Both the position numbers and the translations under genes were made by a program. The notes below the pieces were generated by a model, which was not told the origin of the DNA, made no database searches, and saw only the letters and a list, made by a program, of their open reading frames with translations. This document shows, in pieces, positions 39,998 to 53,084 of a stretch of DNA of 64,000 nt (its first letter is position 1; every line of letters starts with the position of its first letter). Source of the DNA: Octopus vulgaris (Eukaryota); contig OX597826.1 of the NCBI GenBank assembly GCA_951406725.2, positions 68,634,001 through 68,698,000 on the forward strand, read 5' to 3'.

Positions 39998-40083
39998 TCC
40001 TGCCCAAGGCGCCACGCAGTAGATCTGAACCTGGAACCATGTGGTTGGTAAGCAAGCAGCTTGCCACACAGCCTCTCCTATGC
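39998..40083 (-). mobile_element. SINE family B head fragment
   Basis: TGCCCAAGGCGCCACGCAG..GGAACCATGTGGTTGG..CCACACAGCC. Confidence 0.8.
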
Positions 40084-40235
40084 CTATGCTGTACTGTATT
40101 TTACGTCCATATTATTCCTGGTTCGAACATGCTACACGTCATTTTCACCAAACATTGTCTAGTGAAACTTCCGCTTTATGAAAAAAGCAAACAAACAAAA
40201 AAACAACTTTGTGAAAACAAAGAAACAACAATACC

Positions 40236-40456
40236 TATTTCTTTACTACCCACAAGGGGCTAAACACAGAGGGGACAAACAAAGACAGATAAAGAGATTA
40301 ATTCGATTAAATCGACCCCAGTGCGTAACTGTTACTTAATTTATCGACGCCGAAAGGATGAAAGGCAAAGTCGACCTCGGCGGAATTTGAACTCAGAACG
40401 TAACGGCAGACGAAATACGGCTACGCATTTCGCCCGGCGTTTCTGCCAGCTCACCC
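40236..40456 (-). mobile_element. SINE family A
   Basis: Reverse complement of the family A body and head; partly copied again at 41930-42077. Confidence 0.92.
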
Positions 40457-40730
40457 TCTTCAAAAAAAAAAAAACAATAACATCAGTAACCATACCAACA
40501 AAAACAGACATTTTACTTGATTTTAAATGTCGAAGAGAAATCTCAAAAGCTGAATAGAGATCGAAAAGTGTTAGATGATGTATCCAATGAACTGATTGGG
40601 TCCTAGCATTCCCTGTCTCTAGAAGATGCAATCAATACAAGCAACTTGTTATACTCTCTGATCGATTTCAATCAACCCAAATAACTGCAATGCCCGTAGA
40701 AATTTGACTCGTATGTTCTCAGAATAGATC

Positions 40731-40795
<65 letters not shown>

Positions 40796-40917
40796 TATTG
40801 ATGATGATGATGATGAGGAGGAGGATGATGATGATGATGATAATAATAATAACAATGATGATGATGATGATGATAATGGTAATAATAATAATAATAATGA
40901 TAATAATGATAATAAAA

Positions 40918-40979
<62 letters not shown>

Positions 40980-41184
40980 AATTATGATAATAATAATGGT
41001 AATAATAATAATCGATGAATCGATAATGAATAAATATTAAATTATATTATCATAACATTTCATAAAGTCGACGAACACACGCCACCACACGTCACATGAA
41101 TGCGTGTGTGCTTGCGTATGTATGCTCGGGTATATGCGTGTATTTGTGTATGTATGTATGTATGTATGTATGTATGTATGTATG

Positions 41185-41236
<52 letters not shown>

Positions 41237-41347
41237 CACACAATCATGCAAAGAAAGATTTATGCATGTATATATCTATTTTTGTCTCTAAACGTATACG
41301 TGCGTGTGTGTATGTGTAAGCCTAAGTTTAGCTGTATTATGTGTGTG

Positions 41348-41391
<44 letters not shown>

Positions 41392-41403
41392 ATTATGTGT
41401 GTG

Positions 41404-41456
<53 letters not shown>

Positions 41457-41679
41457 GCATATTTATATATGTATTAAGTTTTCTTTTATGCAAATTAATA
41501 TTGATTGATTTTTAATACATATATTCTTTTGATTAACTAATATAATGGAATAATAAAAAGATTCGCTCCCTCTCTCTCTATCTCTCTCTCTTTCTCTCTC
41601 TCTCACTTTTTCTCTCTTTCTCCCATTCCTGTGTTTATATCCATGTATGTATGAACGTAAGTACACATGTACCTGTATT

Positions 41680-41728
<49 letters not shown>

Positions 41729-42350
41729 ATGTCTGTATGTATATACTTAAATATGTCAATTTTAACCATGCAGGTATTCTATAAACATACATTGCTATGA
41801 TAATGTACTTGAATTCGAAGAACACAGCTGAAAAGGATATTATAACGATGACGATGACAGCAACATGAACACCTGCAGCAGCAATAATAATGGCAATAAC
41901 AACTTTATTAATGAATAATAAATAATGTTTCGACCCCAGTAATGCGTATCTGTTACTTAATTTATCGACCTCGAAAGGATGAAAGGCAAAGTCGACCTCG
42001 GCGGAATTTGAACTCAGAACGTAACGGCAGACGAAATACGGCTACGCATTTCGCCCGGCGTCTCTGCCAGCTCACCCTCTTCAAAAAAAAACAACAATAA
42101 CATCAGTAACCATAACAACAAAAACAGACATTTTACTTGATTTTAAATGTCGAAGAGAAATCTCAAAAGCTGAATAGAGATCGAAAAGTGTTAGATGATG
42201 TATCCAATGAACTGATTGGGTCCTAGCATTCCCTGTCTCTAGAAGATGCAATCAATACAAGCAACTTGTTATACTCTCTGATCGATTTCAATCAACCCAA
42301 ATAACTGCAAAGCCCGTAGAAATTTGACTCGTATGTTCTCAGAATAGATC

Positions 42351-42415
<65 letters not shown>

Positions 42416-42537
42416 TATTGATGATGATGATGATGAGGAGGAGGATGATGATGATGATGATAATAATAATAACAATGATGATGATGATGATGATAATGGT
42501 AATAATAATAATAATAATGATAATAATGATAATAAAA

Positions 42538-42584
<47 letters not shown>

Positions 42585-42791
42585 TTAATTATGATAATAA
42601 TAATGGTAATAATAATAATCGATGAATCGATAATGAATAAATATTAAATTATATTATCATAACATTTCATAAAGTCGACGAACACACGCCACCACACGTC
42701 ACATGAATGCGTGTGTGCTTGCGTATGTATGCTCGGGTATATGCGTGTATTTGTGTATGTATGTATGTATGTATGTATGTATGTATGTATG

Positions 42792-42841
<50 letters not shown>

Positions 42842-42952
42842 CACACAATCATGCAAAGAAAGATTTATGCATGTATATATCTATTTTTGTCTCTAAACGT
42901 ATACGTGCGTGTGTGTATGTGTAAGCCTAAGTTTAGCTGTATTATGTGTGTG

Positions 42953-42996
<44 letters not shown>

Positions 42997-43008
42997 ATTA
43001 TGTGTGTG

Positions 43009-43052
<44 letters not shown>

Positions 43053-43283
43053 ATATATATGCATATTTATATATGTATTAAGTTTTCTTTTATGCAAATT
43101 AATATTGATTGATTTTTAATACATATATTCTTTTGATTAACTAATATAATGGAATAATAAAAAGATTCGCTCCCTCTCTCTCTATCTCTCTCTCTTTCTC
43201 TCTCTCTCACTTTTTCTCTCTTTCTCCCATTCCTGTGTTTATATCCATGTATGTATGAACGTAAGTACACATGTACCTGTATT

Positions 43284-43332
<49 letters not shown>

Positions 43333-43537
43333 ATGTCTGTATGTATATACTTAAATATGTCAATTTTAACCATGCAGGTATTCTATAAACATACATTGCT
43401 ATGATAATGTACTTGAATTCGAAGAACACAGCTGAAAGGGATATTATAACGATGACGATGACAGCAACATGAACACCTGCAGCAGCAATAATAATGGCAA
43501 TAACAACTTTATTAATGTTAATAATAACGATAATGTT
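40312..43537. repeat. Tandem duplication of ~1.6 kb (units 40312-41929 and 41930-43537)
   Basis: Unique sequence such as AAATCTCAAAAGCTGAATAGAGATCG and GAATTCGAAGAACACAGCTGAAA recurs ~1610-1620 bp apart; TCG microhomology at the junction. Confidence 0.95.
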
Positions 43538-44259
43538 TCGCTTTGTTTTAATATATTTAATTGCTATCTAACCATATCTACTCTCCTGGAGAGCGGATAC
43601 ATCAGTGATATTTAAACAGTTTCACATTTCGTTTGATAAAAGCAGCCCGTAGAGTTAGCTTTGATTTGCCTCATATAACAGAACTACAGTCGAAGTCGAG
43701 AATTCGTCTATATAGATGTTTAACAAGCTAGAAATAGCAGCCAAATTAGCTTTGCTTCACATCTACTGTCTTGAAAATGAAATAAACACAAATGGAAAAT
43801 GAATGGTAAGTTGAATATTTATCTGTAGGAACACTCTTGGTCTTGAGGACTCCTGAATCAAGCATACTCATCTTGAAGCTAAACCAGAAAGTGATTATCA
43901 ACGACTGTAAACCTGAATGCTCAATCTGCTAGAAAAAGGAAGAAAAGTAATCTGGTACATCTTTCGCTATGTGTCCGCCTGGATCAAGGATTATATAAAG
44001 TGAAACCAGCATAGCTATCAACAATAACAAACTTAACGACCTATAATCATCCAGCTAGATACCAACCAATTTTTTCACAAAGCTCAAGTCCAATCCTACA
44101 CTAGTGTTTCTCAATCATTTTTTTTGTCCCTTGCCTCATTTTTATATCCCAAAATGATGTCCGCCTCTTTGTGTAACATACACAAAGAGATACCCATGTA
44201 TATATGTATACCTAAATGTGCGCATATATTGTAGTTTTAATACACATTACGTTGATTTC

Positions 44260-44922
44260 AAATTTTGGCGCAAGATTAGCAATTTTGGCACAAGATCGGG
44301 GGAGGGTTAAGTCGTTTAGGTCAACACCAGCGCTCCATTGATACTTATTTTATCGATCACGAAATGGTAGAGGGCAAAGTTGAACTCAGAACATTAAGAC
44401 GGACGAAATATCGCTAAGCATTTTGTCGGACGTGCTAGCGTTTCTGCAGGCTCAGCGCCTTAGTCACGCATGTTATATTCTTTTCTATTCTAGGCACAAG
44501 GTCCGAAATTTTGGGAGAGGGTGCCAGTCGATTAGGTCGACCCCAGTACACAATTGGTACTTAATTTATCGACCTCGAAATAATGAACGGCAAAGTCGAC
44601 CTCGGCGAAAATTGAACTTAGAGCGTAAAGACAGAAGGATTACCGCAAAACATTTCGCCCGGCGTGCTAAAGTTTCTGCCAGCTCGCAGCATTAATATAA
44701 TAATATATTCTTTTCTACTCTAGGCACAACGCCAGAAATTATGGGGGAGGGCACCAGTCCATTAGATCGACGCTAGTACGCAACTGATACTTAATTTATC
44801 GACTCCGAATGGATGAAAGGCAAAGTCGACCTCGGTGGAAATTGAACTCAGAACATAAAGACAGACGAAATACCGCAAAGCATTTCGCCCAGCGAGCTAA
44901 CATTTCCGCTAGCTCACCGCCA
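44260..44922 (-). mobile_element. Cluster of three family A SINEs with the A2 tail
   Basis: Copies at ~44260-44462, 44478-44692 and 44706-44922; the last two share a flanking TSD-like repeat AGTCA(C/T)GCAT(G/A)TTATATT at 44462 and 44923. Confidence 0.85.
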
Positions 44923-45167
44923 TAGTCATGCATATTATATTAACAAGTTGCTAATGCTATAATCTGAAGAATTGCCACACCCAAGCAGTCGTGGCGTACG
45001 TCAAGTCTTGAGAAACACTGACCCATATACGTATTGTAATAATAGACAGGAATAATCTGGATTAGAAATGATATTAGTTTTGAAATGGGTTTGCCAGATT
45101 ACAAATGACCTGGGATTAAATATTGTTAATAATAATAACAACATGACGAACAACAACAATAACAACA

Positions 45168-45540
45168 GTGGAGGCGCAATGGCCCAATGGTTAGGGCAGC
45201 GGACTCCTGGTCGGAGGAGGATCGCGGTTTCGATTCCCAGACCGGGCATTGAGTGTGTTTATTGAGCGAAAACACTTAAAGCTCTACGAGGCTCCGGCAG
45301 CGGGTGGTGGCGACCCCTGTTGTACTCTTTCGTCCCAACTTTCTCTCACTCTTTTTTCATGTTTCTTGTCCCCGACTTCCTACGCAACCGTTGAGCCTGG
45401 ATGCGCATTCATCCATCCGTCGATGCTCTCGGTGTCGGGGGTTGACCTGCTTTCTCTTCTGCGGGTCTTACGAATAGCAAAGGACCACATTTCGGACTTT
45501 TCCCATCTTGCGAGCTCTGGGACGAAGAACATTCGCTCAA
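45168..45540 (+). mobile_element. SINE family C head/body with alternative 3' tail
   Basis: GGAGGCGCAATGGCCCAATGGTTAGGGCAGCGG..TTCGATTCCCAGACCGGGC; departs from other C copies after ~45365 and ends in (CAA)n. Confidence 0.85.
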
Positions 45541-45827
45541 CAGCAACAGCAACAACAACAGCGACAACTACAACTACTACTACAACCACTGCTGCTAATT
45601 TATTACTAACAGCTCGACAATTGCTACTACTAACTACTTAGCATAAACGATAACAACATGATCAAGACAAGGGAATAATTGAACATCTGTCTCATCGATT
45701 AAAATTGACTCAGAGTTAAATATGAGGTCAATAGCAACAGCATCAGCAACAACGGGGAATACAAGAACAAAAACAAGAACCACAACAAAAACAACCGCAG
45801 CAGTAGCGATAACGACAACGTCATCAT

Positions 45828-46130
45828 CTTGTTTGTTCCTTCTCGAGCCATACCTGGCTCATAAGGACCGGTTCCCCGGTTTCCTTGGTGTATAGGTTCC
45901 CAACCTGGACGGGACGACGGTCCGTCACAGGTGAACTGCAAGATGCAGGAGGAAAAAGTGAGAGAAATTTGTGGCGAAATAATCAACAGAAGTTCGCCAT
46001 TACCTTCTGCCGGAACAGCGTGGAACTTAGGCGTTCCGCATATAAACACACACATCGCACGGTCTGAGATTCGAACCCGTGATCCCTCGACCGCGAGTCC
46101 GCTGCTCTAACAACTAAGCTATGTGCCTCA
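45828..46130 (-). mobile_element. Chimeric SINE: C-like head/body with D-type tail
   Basis: Head ..CGACCGCGAGTCCGCTGCTCTAAC; tail reverse complement GTCCCGTCCAGG..GGAAACCGGGGAACCGGTCCTTATGAGCC. Confidence 0.75.
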
Positions 46131-47503
46131 ACATGTGCTTCAGATACAATCATAGGAGTTTGCATTGTGCAATGCGTTTCTCACTTTTAAGACGTTAGGG
46201 TTTACCTAAAATAGTTTGGGCTGCTATATTTAGTAAGACCGGTCAGCGTGTACATGCGCGTTGGGCATGGTCTACTTTTGGCTCGTGGTCACCGTTGACA
46301 TAATTGTTGTTACTTTTGTTATTGCTACTGCGTGACTTGAAAAAAGAGGTCCGTGACTCTGGCGTTATGGGTAATATTGAGTAGGAGACACTGGCAGGAA
46401 GTTTAATTCTTCTGTGTCTCACAGAAAAACAACATGAAGGAGATTTTAATAGAAACCTCTATGGAAAAAACATCAAGAATCAGGACATAATAGCAGCTAA
46501 TTGTGGTAGTTTTACAACAATAAAGATAATAGAGTAACAACAACATTACAGCACAGGCTGAAGCAGCAACAACAACAACAGCAATAATGATGACAGCAAC
46601 AAAAGTCGATGCAACCACCGCAACAGCAACAGCTGCAGCGAAAACAACAACAACACGAGGATGTGCAGCAACAACAGAAAGAAGAAAAGCAGCTGCTGCA
46701 CCAACGAGAGTAACAAGGGCAACAGCAACAAAATTAGGTGCACCAACTGCAGCAGCAAAAGCAGTCGAAACCAACAATAACAAAAATATTTGCAGCAACA
46801 ACAACAATAATAACAACAACAACTAGCTAGAAGAAAAATAATAAATGCAACAATAGTCGGTGCGGGTGTGCAACAGCAACAACAACAATAAGAAAATGAA
46901 TGCAGCTAATGCAACTGCACCAATATCGCTAGCAGCTACAGCGACTGCAAATGCAGCAACAACAACAACAACAACACAATCAAGAACAACAGCAACAATA
47001 AAAATGCTAACATGCATTAGTTTATTATCTTAAGCTAGTGAACTCTAACAATTTCATTTGCATTTTACTAAATTTACACTCGACGATAAAAGAGCGCCAA
47101 TATTATTATATTTTGATATCGCATATTTCAGGAGAGTAATGGCGGCGGTGGCAAGCTAAAAGCAGATGCCAGACTTTTGTTCTTTTAATTACTCAAAGGA
47201 ATAGGGACAATATCGATAGCCTTGCTTTTACAATCAGAAATTTGAGTCGATTTTTTTCAGGGCACATGTCTCTGATTCAATTTGAGAAATGTTAATGCAA
47301 GCAAGATTCTTCAAATGGAAAATCCAAAGTTTGCGTTAAAGGTCATATTCCTTTGTTTGTTCAGAAGCATTGACAAAGGGGAGATAGTTTTAAATTTACA
47401 TTATTTAAAATCTTTATATGTATGTATATATATATATATATATAAATTTATATAAATAAGAATAGGATCGATATTTAAATATATATATGTATTTACATAT
47501 GTG

Positions 47504-47583
<80 letters not shown>

Positions 47584-47591
47584 ATGTATAC

Positions 47592-47635
<44 letters not shown>

Positions 47636-47910
47636 GCACACACATATATATATATTGATTATGAAGCCTGATACAATAATTTTCAAGATTATCATCGAAG
47701 TGATATTTAGATATTGGGAAATCTTAACAACTACTCTGATTTGTCATGATTCCGAACCAACCAATGAAATCGATGAACTAGTTTCGAATGTCTTTTAATC
47801 TGTTTGTGTGTGTGTGTGCGTGTGTATGCTTATACGTGTGCGCGCGCGAGTGTGAATGTAGGTTATTTTATATTTTAAAGAAAAATAAACTCGTTTTAAT
47901 TTCTTATGTA

Positions 47911-47953
<43 letters not shown>

Positions 47954-48043
47954 ATATGTGTGTGTGTGTGTGCGTATATATATATATATATATATATATA
48001 TACTTTATTTAAATGAAGCAGAAATATAACAAAAGGTGTTCTT

Positions 48044-48204
<161 letters not shown>

Positions 48205-48241
48205 CATACATACATACATACATACATACATACATACATAC

Positions 48242-48272
<31 letters not shown>

Positions 48273-48334
48273 CATACATACAAAATGGCTGGTGGTTAGT
48301 AAGGAGAGACACAAATAAGAAACAAGAAAAGAAA

Positions 48335-48379
48335 GGACCACTGATGCGTTCACAGGATTGTGACGAAAGAACTCTGGCC
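48335..48379 (+). ncRNA. Degenerate type I hammerhead motif
   Basis: GGACCA-CUGAUGC-GUUCAC-AGGAUU-GUGAC-GAAAG-AA-CUC-UGGCC (A9C); AATAAA downstream. Confidence 0.5.
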
Positions 48380-49605
48380 GAAATAAGATTAAGATTAATG
48401 TAAAAAATAAATAAAACTGAAGCAAAGTAACACCAAATATATAGTGCCTGTGTTTTTATTGGCTAAACTGGCAAAATGAGCATTCCGAAATACAACAACA
48501 TACATACATCATTCCATATATATACGTATAAATTACATGGTAGGATTGGTACTTCTTTACCGCTAAAATTGACTATAGAAATGTGAAATATCTTAACTTT
48601 TTCAGGGATACTACACGCTGTTCCAGGAATCGAACCAAGATCTTGTCCTAATTATTAGCCATATACAGTAGCCACTACGCTATATATCTTCACTTCGGTC
48701 GTAACGGTCATAATTAAAGGCACAGGGTTCGTACCGTTTCCATTTTTATAACGTGACCCGAACGAATGTAACATAGAATTTTTATTCCATTTAAACGTCA
48801 TATTTTTACACCTTCAGAAAAAATAACAAGCTAAATGAATAAATACAAAAAAATGCTTATGTCAATCATTTTGTATGTTTATTTTTGACATTTTAAGCAC
48901 ATGTTCCGTTAGAAGAATTTGGTGACATTTTGACAACTTGGTATTATATGCACTCAAAATGATACGGCATTTGGAACTAGTCAATGTCGGAAACATCTCT
49001 TATAGTCAGAACACGATAACTCATGACTATTGAAAACTTATAAATATTGAGTTAAAATTGTAAACGTTTGCTAAATCGTCATAAACGTCTCACAGTCTTT
49101 TATAAGTTATGCGTCTAGATTGCTTTATTAACAATCTTGTATATATTTATACGTTCCGACTGTTTTAAAGTTAAATCTCACGTGACTTTTGATGACAGAT
49201 TTTGTTTTTTTTTCTTTCAATTAATTTTCGCATGGCGGCTCAAGAGACATGCAGTTCTCACAGCAAAATTTTGTGAAGAGTGTCTACGACGAATGATGGC
49301 GCATATTTTGTTTCAATTACGTATGACAAATTAACTCTTTCTGACAACTTTTTTACTCGATATGTTTATTTATACCGCAGTCTCACAGAATTCGTAATTC
49401 ATAAATATATTTTCGAAGCACATAGACGCTCTTATGACAATATGATGTATCTTATGCAGTACATATCTGCATTAATACTGAGGATATGTTTGTTTGCTTG
49501 TGTGCATATATATATATGCACATATATTCCTCTGTATGAATATGTATAAACAGATGGAAAAATTTGGAAAAAATATACATTGCTGAAGTGATAGGTATAC
49601 ACAAG

Positions 49606-49982
49606 TTGGCACTCCGTCGGTTACGACGACGAGGGTTCCAGTTGATCCGTTCAACGGAACAGCCTGCTCGTGAAATTAACGTGCAAGTGACTGAGCACTC
49701 CACAGAGACGTGTACCCTTAATATAGTTCTCGGAGACATTCAGCGTGACATAGATTGTGACAAGTCTGGCCCTTTGAAATACAGATACAGCAGAAACAGA
49801 CAAAGTGAGAGAAAGTTGTGGTAAAAGAGTACAGCTCGGTTCGCCACACTCCCTGTCGGAGCTTCGTAGAGCTTTAGGTGTTTTTGCTCATTAAACACTC
49901 ACAACGCTCGGTCTGGGAATCGAAACTATCATCCTACAACTGCGAGTGCCCTGGCCTGACCACTGGGCCATTGCGCTTCCAT
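49606..49982 (-). mobile_element. SINE family C
   Basis: GCACTCCGTCGGTTACGACGACGAGGGTTCC..CACTGGGCCATTGCGCTTCC. Confidence 0.92.
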
Positions 49983-50026
49983 AGATATACACACATACAC
50001 ACACATATGTACATACGTATATATAT

Positions 50027-50135
<109 letters not shown>

Positions 50136-50305
50136 GTGTGTGTGTGTGTGTATTATATCTATGGAAGCGCAATGGCCCGGTGGTCTGGCCAGGGCACTCG
50201 CATATATCCATGCATATATGCATGTATAAATATACATGCATATATGTATATATTTGCATGTATATATATACGCGTATAGCTATATGTACGCATGTAAATA
50301 TATAT

Positions 50306-50701
50306 ATATAGAAATACAAATAAAGGCTTCCAAATAAGGAAGCGTTGTGCTAGAACACAAAAAGGGATAAATTCATGAAAGGATTGAAAATTAAAAACAT
50401 TTACCATCTGAACTATATCCCACAGAGGCATCCCACTGAAGAACCTGGCCTTGGCAAATATATTTTGTTTGTTTGCTAAAAATAGGTAGAAACCATTGGT
50501 CTGGGATATAGTTGAGATGGTAAATGTTTTTAATTTTCATTCCTTTCATGAATTTATCCCTTTTTGTGTTCTAGCACAACGCCTCCTTATTTGGAAGCCT
50601 TTTATTGTATTTCTATATGAATAATATATAGTGTAATGACTAATTCGTCTTTTGTGCTAGGCCACTGGTAATAATAATTTATTATTACCCTATTTTATTC
50701 T

Positions 50702-50705
<4 letters not shown>
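50306..50705 (+). mobile_element. (TA)n-flanked Penelope-like element with inverted pLTR-type duplication
   Basis: Arms 50306-50422 and 50502-50618 are reverse complements and enclose most of an HHR. Confidence 0.8.
50431..50506 (+). ncRNA. Type I hammerhead ribozyme, canonical core, predicted cleavage after C50501
   Basis: UCCCA-CUGAAGA-ACCU..UUGGCAAA..UUUGCUAA..AGGU-A-GAAACC-AUU-GGUC-UGGGA. Confidence 0.8.
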
Positions 50706-50749
<44 letters not shown>

Positions 50750-50910
50750 GGGTTAAGCAACAAGTTGCTTCACACATACCGAAAATTTAGAAATTTCAGC
50801 CAAAGACTGCTCATTCCGTTTTACTACAGATATTACTCCACAGATAACAATACTTGTAACCCACATAGACAAACAGAAGAAAAATAATGAAATCAAACAG
50901 TTTTCGATTA

Positions 50911-50968
50911 ATTATAGACGCGTTTCTGCGTTAGAATTATACACATTCTTTCCCGTCGTCAGCACAAT
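50911..50968 (-). ncRNA. Type I hammerhead ribozyme motif in a (TA)n-flanked element (~50742-51012)
   Basis: AUUGUG-CUGACGA-CG..AGAAU-GUGUAUA-AUUCU..CGCA-GAAAC-GC-GUC-UAUAAU. Confidence 0.65.
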
Positions 50969-51012
50969 ATTTCGATAATTTATAAATTAGAAAATGCTAG
51001 GAACCTACCTTT

Positions 51013-51144
<132 letters not shown>

Positions 51145-51889
51145 TGTATATGCATGAGTGTGTATGTGTGTGTGTGTGTGTGTGCGTGCGAGGGATTATT
51201 TGAGGATATTTGGTTTTTAGTTCATTACACTTACAAATAATTTGAAATATCATTTCTTTTCTTTAGATAACCCTTTCAAAATAATGATGCTAAAATCAAG
51301 AAAACAAAAGACATGCAGTCATAGTTGATACACATGCAAACATGCTTTTTGGGATTTCTTGAACATCCAGTATTTAATTCAATATCTATAAGCTTTCAAT
51401 AATCTCAGGCAACGTCATGTTCTCTGTATCAGATAGGTTTTCAATATTGTCAAGTTTGAAACGGTGATTTATTTCCAGGCCATAAGAAACTAAGATATCA
51501 AAATTTAAGCAAATGCCCCCATGGAACATGGACTTAAAATGTCAAAACACATGTGGAATTCATGGGATGGCATTTACTAAGATTGATTATTTTATTGATT
51601 ATTATATTGAATATCTTATTGATTATTTTATCGACAAACGGTTGAATCAGTTACGTCTGCTTATTTTCGATCCTCTGCTCAATACGAAAATGCTAATTTC
51701 AAAACACCGAGGCTGTCCTCCGTAGCTTTTCCAATCACTATTAATTAGAGATCAAAATGACAAAGGCATAATCTAGAACTCCGAGAAGGAATATTTCGAA
51801 CAAATAGTCGGTGCTCTTGGCTTAATAAAAAGATAAAACCCAACCGTTTAAAAACATGCTGCCGAATTTTATTTTGAGCTTATGAGAAA

Positions 51890-52287
51890 TCTTTATATAT
51901 AAAAGTGAAGTTGTGTGTCTGTCTCCTACGATTTAGGTTCCTAACTACTCACACATTTTGCGGTGCAGTTTAACCAAAACCGGGTATCTTATAGTCGTGA
52001 TTCATATCGAGCCCTTCTGGGTATTAGCGCGCGTCTACGATGAGTCTACGATTAAAAAAAAAATTACCATCATTTTTTCCCATTTTAATGCATTTTTTCG
52101 CTATTATATAAGGGAAGTAACTCTCTAAAAATGTCTACGATGAGTCAACGATTAAAAAAAAACATTTACCATCATTTTTTTCCCATTTTTGATGAATTTT
52201 TTTGCTATTTTTTGGCTATAACTCTCCAAAAATGCCTATATAGTTATTTCCCTTACAAACCCGAGCAACGCCGGGCGATACTGCTAG
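51890..52287 (+). mobile_element. Non-autonomous Helitron
   Basis: 5' A|TC, 3' hairpin CCCGAGCAACGCCGGG then CTAG|T, no TSD; internal ~75-bp direct repeat at ~52033 and ~52133. Confidence 0.85.
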
Positions 52288-52644
52288 TTATTCATATTTT
52301 GTTATACAAATAAATTACCACCACTTAAACATTTACATTTAGTGAACGATGTGTTAAAGACATTGGATGATATTATTTATATACAATATACATTTTTATA
52401 TACAATATTCAGATACAATATTTATATACAATACTTCATATTGCAAATTTCCAATATATTTTACTATTGAGAATTATTACATGACACATTTCTTAATAAA
52501 CAAGATATACATAATGGTAAATATTGCATACAGCATTTCAAATTTACAAATAATGATTGGCTCAAAAGTAGGGAACATATACATGCATACATACATACAT
52601 ACATACATACATACATACATACATACATACATACATACATACAT

Positions 52645-53044
52645 ACAGGAGTGGCTGTGTGGTAAGTAGCTTGCTAACCAACCACATGGTTCCGGGTTCA
52701 GTCCCACTGCGTGGCATCTTGGGCAAGTGTCTTCTGCTATAGCCCCGGGCCGACCAATGCCTTGTGAGTGGATTTGGTAGACGGAAACTGAAAGAAGCCT
52801 GTTGTATATATGTATATACATATATATGTGTATGTGTTTGTGTGTCTGTGTTTGTCCCCCTAGCATTGCTTGACAACCAATGCTGGTGTGTTTACGTCCC
52901 CGTCACTTAGCGGTTCGGCAAAAGAGACCGATAGAATAAGTACTAGGCTTACAATGAATAAGTCCCGGGGTCGATTTGCTCGACTAAAGGCGGTGCTCCA
53001 GCATGGCCGCAGTCAAATGACTGAAACAAATAAAAGAGTAAAAA

Positions 53045-53046
<2 letters not shown>
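52645..53046 (+). mobile_element. SINE family B, full length
   Basis: Near-identical to 36563-37033. Confidence 0.95.
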
Positions 53047-53082
<36 letters not shown>

Positions 53083-53084
<2 letters not shown>

